Shown: positions 50,541 through 62,600 of the stretch, in pieces
Layout: each line of letters starts with the position of its first letter
Position numbering within the stretch: the first letter of the stretch is position 1
Source of the DNA: Mobula hypostoma
Taxonomy: Eukaryota
Assembly: GCF_963921235.1 (NCBI RefSeq)
Contig: NC_086107.1
Coordinates: 111,788,001-111,852,000 of the forward strand
Reading direction: 5' to 3'
Length of the DNA stretch: 64,000 nucleotides
Notes under the pieces: generated by a model
What the model was told of the DNA's origin: nothing
What the model saw: the letters and a program-made list of their open reading frames with translations, nothing else
The model's database searches: none
Translations under genes and position numbers: made by a program

Positions 50541-51948
50541 GGCAGAGGCAAAGGCGAGGCATAGTGGAGGCAGCAGTCCCAATGACTGATTGATTTACGC
50601 GCTGGGCCGAATTGGAAAGATCGGGTACTGGCCGAATCCTGGTGTCGGGGTCCAGGCCCCAGTCCAAGAGCGAGGAACAACCCAACGTGAATGCAATGGT
50701 CTGGGTGGCGGGATGGGCTGGTTCTGCCTGATGCTCCATGATGTTTACTCAGCTCTGCGCTGAACTGAAACTGTGGCCTGTTCCGGCCACACTGATGCCT
50801 GGCTTTTGCGTCTTTTGTAAATCTTCAGTTCTGAAACGCCATTGGCTTAATTTTATTGTTTGCACAATTTCTTTCTCTCTGTGCGCATTGACTGTTGTCG
50901 GCATTTTCTTTAACGGATTCTTTTGGGGGTTTCCTTGTTTTGTGGCTGCCTGTAAGGAGATGAATCTCAAGGTTGTATAATGCATACATCATTTGATAGT
51001 TAACGTACTTTGAATTTTGAAATCCTTTCGCAAAAAAGACCAAACTATTGTTTGACTACTCAGTGGCTTGCTGTGCTGCCATTAGCTTTCAGCGATTTGT
51101 GTGGAAGGATACCCAGGTCCCTCTGAACACCAACACCTTTTAGTTGAGCAGGAGATCATCTATTTTGTTGAAGTAAATACAGAACTGGAGGATGAACTCC
51201 ACTTCCACATTATTTCACTCGAATGGATGACCTCAGATATTTCCGCATTTTTATTCTACCTCCTCGCCCATTTGCTTTGCTGTCTATATCCCCCCTGGAG
51301 ACGCCTCTACATCCCGTCTTCACCTCAACCGTGGGAACTCACTTTCCACCATCTTAATACACTTGACCTTCATTCTCCACCTGACCTCCATAACACACTC
51401 GATCTTCTCATTCAAATCACGACTGCAGATTATGAACAGTGAGCTCTCTAGCTATGGCCCCTCCCTCCACTGGCTAATTAGTCAGGGCCTTCCAATGTGA
51501 GAGCAGTATTTTGATTTTTGGTCTCTATTCAGTGTTCAGTAACCGGTCCTTAATCCTAACCACCCCTTTCACTTAATAGCCTCTTGTGTGACATCTCATC
51601 AAAGGTCTATTGAAAGCCCAAACACACCGTAATGGTTTCCTCTTTATCATGATCATAATAAATGGCGGTGCAGGCTCGAAGGGCCGAATGGCCTACTCCT
51701 GCACCTATTTTCTATGTTTCTATGTTTCTATCTATTCTGCTAGTTACCACCTCAAAAACATTTAACAGATTCTGACATCCTTCCCCTTCCATCTCAGTCC
51801 CGAAGTAGGGTCTCGGCCCAAAACTGTTTATTCCTCTCCATAGCTGCCACTCGACCTGCTGAGTTCCTCCAGCTTTTTGCATGTGTCGCTTTGGATTTCC
51901 AGCATCTGTAGAATCTCTCAGGTTTAAATAACATATTCGCCAAATGTA

Positions 51949-52690
51949 CACTTGGTGGCCACTTTATTAGGTACATCTGCACACTTACTCATTAATACAA
52001 ATTGTCATTTAAAGTTAAATTGGATAGCTATATGGACAGGAAAGGAATGGGGGGTTATGGGCTAAGTGCAGGTTGGTGGGACTTGGTGAGAGTAAGCGTT
52101 TGGCACGGACTAGAAGGGCCGAGATGGCCTGTTTCTGTGCTGTGATAGTTATATGGTTATATAATACAAATATGTAATCAGCTAGTCATGTAGCAGCAAC
52201 TCAATGCATAAAAGCATGCAGACATGGTCAAGAGGTTCAGTCGTTGTTCAGACCAAACATCAGAATGAGGAGGAAATGTGATTTAAGTGACTTTGACCAT
52301 GGAATGATTGTTGGTGCGAGACAGGGTGGTTTGAGTATCTCAGAAACTGCTGATCTCCTGGGATTTTCACACACAACAGTCTCTAGAGTTTGCAGAGAAT
52401 GGTGTGAAAAACAAAAAAAAAAATCGAGTGAGCGGCAGTTCTGTGGGCAAGAATTCCTTGCTAATGAGAGAGGTCAGAGGAGAATGGCCAGACCGGTTCA
52501 AACTGACAGGAAGGTGACAGTAACTCAAATGACCATGTGTTACAACAGTGGTGTGCAGAAGAGCATCTCTGAATGCACAGCACGTGCAAAAATGGAAGTG
52601 GACGGGCTACAGCAGCAGAAGACTATGAACACACATTCAGTGGCCACTTTATTAGGCATAGGAGGAAGCTAATGACGTGGCCACCGAGTG
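51949..52690 (+). mobile_element. Tc1/mariner internally deleted element (HTH region only)
   Basis: TA-flanked TIRs cacttggtggccactttattag / ctaatgacgtggccaccgagtg; ORF 52244-52672 DLSDFDHGMIVGAR..SISETADLLGFSHTTVSRV has no DDE domain; nested CR1 tail at 52003-52161 with TSD taatacaaat. Another copy at 63425-64000. Confidence 0.88.
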
Positions 52691-53129
52691 TATTTTCTAT
52701 TTCATAAATACATGTAGGATGTGCTCATTAGTCTGGTGAAGTCCCAGAGGACTGGAGAGTAGCCAATGTTGTTACTTTGCTCAAGAAAGGGTATAAGAAA
52801 AATACTTGTGATATTCAGCAAAATTAGGAAGCATCCATGGAGACAGAAAGAAAATTAACATTTCAGGCCAATGGACTGAAAAATTAAGAAAAGGAATATG
52901 TTTTAAGTTATGAAAGGAAGGAGGGGTGAAGCTAACAATGGGAATTTCTCTGATTTAGATAGACCATAAGACCATAATTTACAGAACCAAACTTGACTGC
53001 ATTTGGTGCTGTGTGAGAGAGAGAACCAGACTCTAGTTAGTGAATGAGATCAGTATAGGATTGGAAAAGAAAAATAAAACTACTAAACACAGCAGTTGCT
53101 GGTCACCTGACATGAAAGTATATGCTGAA

Positions 53130-53990
53130 AATATAAGATACAGGAGCAGAATTAGGCCATTCAGCCCATCGAGTCTGCTCCACCATTCCATCATGGTTGA
53201 TTTATTATCCCTCTCAACTCCATTCTCCTGCCTTCTCCCTGTAACTTTTGATGCTCTGGTTGACCAAGAACCTATCCACAACTGTTTTAAATATTTTCAA
53301 TGAATCGCTGTCCGTGGCAATGAATTCCACAGATTCACCACCCTCTGGCTAAGGGGTGCCCTCATTGAAACCTATCAAATGCTGGAGGACCTTGACAGAG
53401 TGGATGTGGAGAGGATGTTTATTATGGTGGGGGAGCCTAAGACCAGAGGACACAGCCTCAGAATAGAGGGTTGTCCTTTTTAGAACGGAGATGAGGAGGA
53501 ATTTCTTTAGCCAGAGAGTGGCGAATCTGTGGAATTCTTTGTCACAGGCGACAGTGGAAACCAAGTCTTTATGTATATTTAAGGCAGAGGTTGATAGATT
53601 CTTGATTGGTCAGGGCACAAAGGGGTATGGGGGGAAGGCTGAGTGGAAAATTGGAGCAGCCATGATGGAATGGCGGAGCAGACTCAATGGGCCAAATGGC
53701 CTAATTCTGCTCCTATATCTTATGGTCTTGTGGTCTTACGGTCTAAAGAAATTCCTCGTCTCTGTTCTAAATCGACGTCCCTCTATTCTGAGGCTGTGCC
53801 CTCTGCTCCTAGACTCCCCCCGCCTATATAATATGCAGCAGAGAGTGCTGAACCTGGAATTCATTGTTACGGATGGCTGCAGGGGCCAAGTTTTTTGAGT
53901 ATATTTAAAGCAGACTTTGATAGGTTCTTGGTTAGTCGGGACATCAAAGGTTGTGGGGAGGAGGCAGGAGAGTGGGATTGAGAGCGGTAA
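53130..53990. mobile_element. Cluster of nested CR1 3' ends in opposite orientations
   Basis: RRNFFSQRVANLWNSL on + (about 53352-53742) interrupts a minus-strand copy of the same region. Confidence 0.8.
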
Positions 53991-56900
53991 TATGTAGCTG
54001 ATCAGCTAGTCTCTGTAAAGAAACTAAAGTCAACGGGACAAGTGGACGATACTACTTCAGCATAGGCCAGTTCTGATAAAGACAAGCTGAATTACTGAGT
54101 TCAGTTCTGACTTGTGAAGGCTCCACGAGGAACAGCGTGGCAGGTTGAAGATGAAAGGTTAGCATGGGAGAGGGAAGAAGAATTCAAGTGGCGGGTAGCT
54201 CAGAAAGAGCTGTTTCTGCCCCCTGGGTCCCCTCCTCCTTCATTTTCTCCCATGGCCCACTCTCCTCTCCTGTCAGATTCTTTCTTCTCCAGCCCTTGAC
54301 CCTTCCCACCCACCGGCTTCCCCTCCCCCCATCTTCCTGGCCTGTCTCCTCCCCCCCACCCCAGTCCTGAAGAAGAGTCCCAACCCGAAAACATCGACTG
54401 TTTACTCTTTTCCATTGATGCAGCCTGGCCTGCTGAGTTCCCCCAGCATTTTGTGTGGGTCGCTTTGGATTTCCAGCATCTGCAGATTTTCTGGTGTTTG
54501 TCACCATTGTTGTTGTCTGACCTGCTAGGTCTTTTCAAAGTCAAGGTCAATGTAAATTTATTATCAGAGGTTGGGTGATCAGCAGAAGGAATTCTGCAGT
54601 GAGTGGGGGGAGGAGATTTACAGTGAGACCATGCCAAAATTACATTATTACAATGAAGATTACCACTCTATGAAGTTACAAGTGCTTTCAATGCTCAAAG
54701 TAAATTTATTATAAAAGTACATATATGTCGCCTTGTACTACCCTGAGAGTCATTTTCTTGTGGGTATATCCAGGAAATGTTTAAAAAGAACAATAGAATT
54801 TACGAAAAATTGTACATAAAGAAAAACTGACCAACGTACAAAAGCAGATATACTGTGCAAGTAATTTTAAAAATCAATAACCCTGTTCTTGAAACCTGAC
54901 GAAAGGTTTTGGCCCAAAGTGTTGACTGTTTAATCTTTTCCATAGATGCTGCCTGGACTGCTGAGCTCATCCAGCATTTTGTCAGTGTTTCACAGTTCTT
55001 ACTTCATTTTCACAGCATTTAAACATTTTACATTTGATTGGCCCTATCTGACCATTTAGCGTCCTCTTGCCTTACGCCTATTTATAAAATCTGCCTATTC
55101 ATCATGAATTATCCGCACTTCCCTGTTTTCGTTCCTTTCCCTTTCTTGAATGGTGGCATTACAGTCACTGCTTCTCACCCAAAATCCCGGCAACAGTGTA
55201 TTACAGGGGAGGGGTTACAGTGACAGAGCGAGGAGTTCAGTGGAAGGCATGTGACAGGAGGGATTTACAATAAAAACATGTCCTAGCAAGGGGATTGTGA
55301 CAGATTTGTGATTATAACAAAAATTACATTACTACAATAAAGGTCGTCACTGCATGAGGTTACAAATGTGGTCTGCTTTCAAAGTTCAAAGTCATTTTTT
55401 TCATCTTCTTCATCATTATGTGCCGTGTCGCATGACGTGGGTGATCGACTGCGATTGTTCTTATAGTTCTTGGCAGATTTTTCTGAGGAACTGGTTTGCC
55501 ATTCCCTTCTTCTGGGCAGTGCCTTTACAAAGACGGGCAACCCCAGCCATTATCAACACTCTTCAGAGATTGTCTGCCCGGTGTCAGTGGATGCATAACC
55601 AGGACTTGTGGCCCTGGACAGCCGCTCACATAACCATCCACCGCCTGCTCCCATAGCTTCTCGTGACCCTAATCGTTGTGAAATTTGTTAATGTTGCAGC
55701 AGCAGCACAATGCAATACATTATAAATATAGAAAAAGAGAATTAGAGTATATATATATATAAAATAGAGTATATATATATATAAATTAGAGTATATATAT
55801 AAAATAGTTAAATTAAAAATAGTGCAAAAGCAGATATAAAAAAGGTGAAGTAGTGTTCATGGGTTCAATGTTCGTTTAGGAACCAGATAGCAGAGGGGAA
55901 GAAGCTGTTCCTGAATCACTGAACCCATGCCTTCAGGCTTCTGTACCTCCTTCCTGATGGTAACAATGTGTAGAGGACACATCCTGGGTGAATGGTGGAG
56001 CAGACTTGATGGGCCGAATGGCTGACTTCTGCTCCTTTGTCTTATGGTCTTTTCTGAGGCACCGGTCCTTGAATGTGTCTTGGATACCGTGGAGGCTAGT
56101 GGAGCTGATTTCACAACTTTCTGTAGCTTCTTGCGATCTTGCGCAGTAACTCCCCTCCCTATATCAGAATAATAATAATAATTATCAGTTTAACTCAGTC
56201 TGATTACTTACATAGACACCATCAAGTGACAAACGTCATTCACCAAATTCTTGCTTTAAAATACAAAATCATAAAAGACTCCATACCTTACTGTAAATAC
56301 AAGCCTGATTCAGTTTAGAGTCAGAGTCCCACAAATTATATTACGACTGATCCGTTATTACAGATAGGACAATCCATAATAACCATCTGGATATAATAAT
56401 ACAGGATAAACAAGCAAGAACAACTTACTTAATAGATATCAAAGTTGCTGGTGAACGCAGCAGGCCAGGCAGCATCTATAGGAAGAGGCGCAGTCGACGT
56501 TTCAGGCCGAGACCCTTCGTCAGGACTAACTGAAGGAAGAGTGAGTAAGGGATTTGAAAGCTGGAGGGGGAGGGGGAGATGCAAAATGATAGGAGAAGAC
56601 AGGAGGGGGAGGGATGGAGCCGAGAGCTGGACAGGTGATAGGCAGAAGGGGATACGAGAGGATCATGGGACAGGAGGTCCGGGAAGAAAGACGGGGGGGG
56701 GGGGTGACCCAGAGGATGGGCAAGAGGTATATTCAGAGGGACAGAGGGAGAAAAAGGAGAGTGAGAGAAAGAATGTGTGCATTAAAAAGAGTAACAGATG
56801 GGGTACGAGGGGGAGGTGGGGCCTAGCGGAAGTTAGAGAAGTCAATGTTCATGCCATCAGGTTGGAGGCTACCCAGACGGAATATAAGGTGTTGTTCCTC

Positions 56901-57551
56901 CAACCTGAGTGTGGCTTCATCTTTACAGTAGAGGAGGCCGTGGATAGACATGTCAGAATGGGAATGGGATGTGGAATTAAAATGTGTGGCCACTGGGAGA
57001 TCCTGCTTTCTCTGGCGGACAGAGCGTAGATGTTCAGCAAAGCGGTCTCCCAGTCTGCGTCGGGTCTCACCAATATATAAAAGGCCACATCGGGAGCACC
57101 GGACGCAGTATATCACCCCAGTCGACTCACAGGTGAAGTGATGCCTCACCTGGAAGGACTGTTTGGGGCCCTGAATGGTGGTAAGGGAGGAAGTGTAAGG
57201 GCATGTGTAGCACTTGTTCCGCTTACACGGATAAGTGCCAGGAGGGAGATCAGTGGGGAGGGATGGGGGGGACGAATGGACAAGGGAGTTGTGTAGGGAG
57301 CGATCCCTGCGGAATGCAGAGAGAGACGGGGAGGGAAAGATATGCTTAGTGGTGGGATCCCGTTGGAGGTGGCGGAAGTTACGGAGAATAATATGTTGGA
57401 CCCGGAGGCTGGTGGGGTGGTAGGTGAGGACCAGGGGAACCCTATTCCTAGTGGGGTGGTGGGAGGCTGGAGTGAGAGCAGATGTACGTGAAATGGGGGA
57501 GATGCGTTTAAGAGCAGAGTTGATAGTGGAGGAAGGGAAGCCCTTTCTTTA

Positions 57552-59321
57552 GTCTGGCGTACTGACCTCTACCTTGCCGAGGCACAGCGACAACTCACGG
57601 ATACCTCCTCTTATTTACCCCTCGATCGTGACCCCACCAAGGAGCACCAGGCCATTGTCTCCCACACTATCAACGACTTTATCCGCTCAGGGGATCTCCC
57701 ATCCACTGCTACCAACCTTATAGTTCCCACACCCCGCACTTCCCGTTTCTACCTCCTACCCAAGATCCACAAACCTGCCTGTCCTGGCCGACCTATTGTC
57801 TCAGCTTGCTCCTGCCCCACCGAACTCGTTTCTGCATACCTCGACACTGTTTTATCACCCCTCGTTCAATCCCTTCCGACCTATGTTCGTGACACTTCTC
57901 ACGCTCTTAAACTTTTCGATGATTTTAAGTTCCCTGGCCCCCACCGCTTTATTTTCACCTTGGATGTCCAGTCCCTATATACTTCCATCCCCCATCAGGA
58001 AGGTCTCAAAGCTCTACGCTTCTTTTTGGATTCCAGACCTAATCAGTTCCCCTCTACCACCACTCTGCTCCGTCTAGCAGAATTAGTCCTTACTCTTAAT
58101 AATTTCTCCTTTTGCTCCTCCCATTTCCTCCAAACTAAAGGTGTAGCTATGGGCACCCGTATGGGTCCTAGCTATGCCTGCCTTTTTGTTGGGTTTGTGG
58201 AACAATCTATGTTCCGTGCCTATTCTGGTATCTGTCCCCCACTTTTCCTTCGCTACATCGACGACTGCATTGGCGCTGCTTCCTGCACGCATGCAGAACT
58301 CGTTAACTTTATTAACTTTGCCTCCAACTTTCACCCTGCCCTCAAGTTTACCTGGTCCATTTCTGACACCTCCCTCCCCTTTCTAGATCTTTCTGTCTCT
58401 GTCTCTGGAGACAGCTTATCCACTGATGTCTACTATAAGCCTACTGACTCTCACAACTATCTGGACTATTCCTCTTCTCACCCTGTCTCTTGCAAAAACG
58501 CCATCCCCTTCTCGCAATTCCTCCGTCTCCGCCGCATCTGCTCTCAGGATGAGGCTTTTCATTCTAGGACGAGGGAGATGTCTTCATTTTTTAAAGAAAG
58601 GGGCTTCCCTTCCTCCACTATCAACTCTGCTCTTAAACGCATCTCCCCCATTTCACGTACATCTGCTCTCACTCCATCCTCCCTCCACCCCACTAGGAAT
58701 AGGGTTCCCCTGGTCCTCACCTACCACCCCACCAGCCTCCGGGTCCAACATATTATTCTTCGTAACTTCCGCCACCTCCAACGGGATCCCACCACTAAGC
58801 ATATCTTTCCCTCCCCGCCTCTCTCTGCATTCCGCAGGGATCGCTCCCTACACAACTCCCTTGTCCATTCGTCCCCCCCATCCCTCCCCACTGATCTCCC
58901 TCCTGGCACTTATCCGTGTAAGCGGAACAAGTGCTACACATGCCCTTACACTTCCTCCCTTACCACCATTCAGGGCCCCAAACAGTCCTTCCAGGTGAGG
59001 CATCACTTCACCTGTGAGTCGACTGGGGTGATATACTGCGTCCGGTGCTCCCGATGTGGCCTTTTATATATTGGTGAGACCCGACGCAGACTGGGAGACC
59101 GCTTTGCTGAACATCTACGCTCTGTCCGCCAGAGAAAGCAGGATCTCCCAGTGGCCACACATTTTAATTCCACATCCCATTCCCATTCTGACATGTCTAT
59201 CCACGGCCTCCTCTACTGTAAAGATGAAGCCACACTCAGGTTGGAGGAACAACACCTTATATTCCGTCTGGGTAGCCTCCAACCTGATGGCATGAACATT
59301 GACTTCTCTAACTTCCGCTAG
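57552..59321 (+). CDS. Penelope-like RT and GIY-YIG endonuclease, 5'-truncated, uninterrupted frame
   Basis: Frame is open from 57552 (FYLLPKIHK..GRPIVS) through DVQSLYTSIP, GVAMG, RYIDD, FLD, the Cys linker CKRNKCYTC and GVIYCVRC..LYIGET..RFAEH. Confidence 0.92.
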   Translation, partial: VWRTDLYLAEAQRQLTDTSSYLPLDRDPTKEHQAIVSHTINDFIRSGDLPSTATNLIVPTPRTSRFYLLPKIHKPACPGRPIVSACSCPTELVSAYLDTVLSPLVQSLPTYVRDTSHALKLFDDFKFPGPHRFIFTLDVQSLYTSIPHQEGLKALRFFLDSRPNQFPSTTTLLRLAELVLTLNNFSFCSSHFLQTKGVAMGTRMGPSYACLFVGFVEQSMFRAYSGICPPLFLRYIDDCIGAASCTHAELVNFINFASNFHPALKFTWSISDTSLPFLDLSVSVSGDSLSTDVYYKPTDSHNYLDYSSSHPVSCKNAIPFSQFLRLRRICSQDEAFHSRTREMSSFFKERGFPSSTINSALKRISPISRTSALTPSSLHPTRNRVPLVLTYHPTSLRVQHIILRNFRHLQRDPTTKHIFPSPPLSAFRRDRSLHNSLVHSSPPSLPTDLPPGTYPCKRNKCYTCPYTSSLTTIQGPKQSFQVRHHFTCESTGVIYCVRCSRCGLLYIGETRRRLGDRFAEHLRSVRQRKQDLPVATHFNSTSHSHSDMSIHGLLYCKDEATLRLEEQHLIFRLGSLQPDGMNIDFSNFR

Positions 59322-59614
59322 GCCCCACCTCCCCCTCGTACCCCATCTGTTACTCTTTTTAATGCACACATTCTTTCTCTCACTCTCCTTTTTCTCCCTC
59401 TGTCCCTCTGAATATACCTCTTGCCCATCCTCTGGGTCACCCCCCCCCCGTCTTTCTTCCCGGACCTCCTGTCCCATGATCCTCTCGTATCCCCTTCTGC
59501 CTATCACCTGTCCAGTTCTCGGCTCCATCCCTCCCCCTCCTGTCTTCTCCTATCATTTTGCATCTCCCCCTCCCCCTCCAGCTTTCAAATCCCTTACTCA
59601 CTCTTCCTTCAGTT

Positions 59615-59650
59615 AGTCCTGACGAAGGGTCCCGGCCTGAAACGTCGACT
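59615..59650 (+). ncRNA. Minimal type I hammerhead ribozyme motif (mirror copy 56491-56527, minus strand)
   Basis: agtc-CTGACGA-agggtcccggcct-GAAAC-GTC-gact; predicted cleavage after 59646. Confidence 0.82.
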
Positions 59651-62600
59651 GCGCCTCTTCCTATAGATGCTGCCTGGCCTGCTGCGTTCACCAGCAACTT
59701 TGATGTATGTTGCTTGAATTTCCAGCATCTGCAGAATTCCTGTTGTTTGTACTTAATAGATATAGCCATTCCAAACCCACATAACATACAGAAATCATTA
59801 GGTGAAAACCACCAGGAATATGCTGAATTGAAAGATTAAGTTAAAAGACAATGGAACATGAACAGAGTATACATTGTCCCAATAGTTATCTTCCCAAAGT
59901 CACCACACAGTAACATTAAGCAATTAAGACCACACAGTAAAATCTATGTAAATCTCCAGGAAGCCACAATACCAGAATAGTCCCAAAGTTCCCGGCAATT
60001 CAGAATGAATGTGCTTAGCTATGTCCTTACCTCAGGTTTTACCAGCTTGAGGAGAGATATGATAAACAATAATAAAAATATTACTCTGGGTATTACAGCA
60101 GGGGAAATGTTTCTGCAAATTGATGCTGTATAGAGGAAAATATTCCATTATGGGCATGTTGCAGCAAGAATAGTTACTGTAGTTGGTTGTTACAAACAGT
60201 GGAGAGGAAAACATCAATTCAGTGTTATATTAAGGGGCTAGATATAATGGGTGGGGTTTTACCACATGAATATTGTGGATCCATGAGTAAACAAAGACAG
60301 ACTATTACAGGAAAGGCATTGCAGCAAAATGCCCTTTACAGAATGTTTTACAGCAATGGGAATCTAATAAAAATCAGGTTTAATATCACCAGCATATGAG
60401 ATTTGTTAACTTTGCATCAGCAGTCCAATGCAGTACGTGATAAGAGAGAGAAAAAGTAGTGAGGTAGAGTTTACGGGTTCAATGTCCATTCAGAAGTCGG
60501 ATGGCAGAGGGGAAGAAGCTGTTCCTGAATCTCTAAGCGTATGCCCTTAGGCTCCTGGACCTCCTTCCTGATGGTAGCGATGAGAACAGGGCATGACCTG
60601 GGTGATGGGGGTCCTTAATGACGGATGCCAACTTTCTGCAGCGTCGCTCCTTGAAGATGTCCTGGATACTATGGAGGATAGTGGCCATGACAGAGCTAAG
60701 TTTACAGCTCTCTGCAGCTTATTTCCATCCTGTGCAGTAGCTCCCCCCTCCCCACACAAGACAGTGATACAGCCAGTTAGAATGCTCTCACCAGCACATC
60801 TGTAGAAATTTGTGTGTTTTTGGTGACATACCAAATCTCCTCAAACTCCTAATGAAACATAGTAAATAAAGTAAAGTAAAGCCACAGTCTTGCCTTCTTT
60901 GTAGCTGCATCTATACGTTGGGTTTAGGTTGGGTCCTCAGAGATATTGATACCCAGGAATTGAAAATATTACAGCAGAAGGATTGGTGCTGTGCCCCTGG
61001 AGTTATAACCAGGTTTGCTTCAGTAATGGAATGTTAAAACAGACCGTACGTTGTACAAGCAGAATGTTATAGCAAGGGGGGCATGCTACATCAGAAGTGA
61101 CAAGGCTTGAAACAGGTCGATGCAACAAATGACCTAAAGTTTATTTATTTATTGAGATACAACACAGAGTAGGCACTTTCAGCTCAAAGCAGTCCCCGAC
61201 TTAACCCTTCTCTAATCATGGGACAATCTGCATTGACCAAAGTGTTAGGTCTTTGGACTGTGGGAGACAAAACCCACACATTTCACGGGGAGGGCATACA
61301 AGCTCCTTACAGATCAGAAGTGAACTCCGAACTCCAACGCCCTGAGCTGTGATAACGCCGTGATAACCGCTACACCGCCGCGAATTATCACTCCGAAGGC
61401 TGTGGCATAACTAGGCAAAGGATGAGGTTGTGTTAGTCATCACTGCAACAGTGTCGGGGCCCACACTATTCTGTTTCCAGTCTCCATGCAATTTTTGTTT
61501 TTTTCCCAGGCCAGACTAATGGTCCTTTGGGTAAATCCTGGTTAACACATCGCATAGACAAGGATGCATCGTCATCCTCTAAAATAAATGTGAACCATTT
61601 GACCTACCTTCATCCTAAACACAAAAAAATCCCTTTGTCCTATCCACCTCTCCCAGTATCTTCTCTGCAACCTATAAGTTACCTTCCTCTCAGTTCTGAG
61701 GAAGGGTCTCTGACATGAAGATTGTCAACAGCTCGAAACGTCAATTGCTTACTCCTGGTGAGTTCCTCCAGCATCTGCAGAATCTCTTGTTTGTGTGGAA
61801 TATGACTTTTTCTTTTTCCTGACATGCTGCAGAGTATTGCTAGCTCTCTCTTAGATCTGCAGAATGTTTTCATTCAAGTTCAGTCCACCCTTTCTTTTCT
61901 ACTTTCTTCCCATATTCCTTCATCTATTTTTTTTAAGCGAGAGGAACTGTATTCAGCCTGACGCATACCAGATTGTGGCCCCTGGCTCTGAACTTCCTTA
62001 ACATTTCTATTTTATGAGGAAGTGAGAGTTTGACACAAATGGTTTCATTAATATTTAACTTGGAAGGTTGCAGTGCAAGCACTACTCAGAGTGAACCGAG
62101 CAAAAAGCAAATATAATCACAATGCCCCAGAGTCATGCTTTTCCTTTCTCAAACACCTTTCAGAATGTTCTGGAAGCAGTAATGTCTCTGCATCTCTCTC
62201 TGGGACCCTGGAAAAGAGTTAGGGATTCAAACATTTAGGGTACATTAAGTGGAAGGAAAGCCCGCAGGGCTCATTTCCTGCTGTGGTTTTCTTCTGTAGA
62301 TCCAGGCAGACTTACTGGAACTTTCCACTCACTACAACAAATTGCTCTTCACAGCTTTAGGGATCTGGTTTCACTCCTGCCTTCTGGTGTGGAACCATCA
62401 GTGTGCATTTTCCACTAAGTGTCATACCAAAGATCTGCCAATAAGTTAATTGGTTACTATAAATTACCTTTTATTTTATTGATTTATTTGTTTGTTTTAC
62501 TTAGAGATTTATTTATTTATTGAGATACAGCAAGGATTAGGTCCTCCTAGGCCTTGAAGCAACGCCACCCAGCAACCCCCGACTTAACCTCAGCATAATT

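Larger units (their letters stand above)
56438..59749. mobile_element. Young Neptune-type Penelope-like element in inverted (tail-out) configuration
   Basis: Minus arm 56438-57550 is a near-identical reverse complement of about 58593-59703; TSD tacttaatagat(at) at 56426-56439 and 59750-59763. Confidence 0.95.
56183..60060 (+). mobile_element. R4/Dong-like RLE retrotransposon 3' fragment, split by the Penelope insertion
   Basis: DYLHRHHQV..IHQ..KLYYD*SVITDRTIHNNHLDIIIQDK..YLID|IAIPN..EYAELK..VYIVPIVI reads across the insertion; (aat)5 at 56168-56182 and degenerate aat repeats after 60060. Confidence 0.8.

Noticed and set aside
55741..55802. Triplicated tagagtatatatat unit
   Set aside because: Ordinary (TA)n slippage within a LINE 3' UTR.
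56445..57029. 194-aa ORF and similar Gly/Arg- or Pro/Ser-rich ORFs (13158-13739, 59115-59787)
   Set aside because: Alternative-frame or antisense translations of the purine/pyrimidine-biased Penelope 3' region.
60031..60125. Minus-strand exon candidate with good splice sites and a hydrophobic frame (VIFLLLFIISLL)
   Set aside because: It overlaps the R4/Dong-like 3' UTR and degenerate AAT repeats, which explain the hydrophobic codons.
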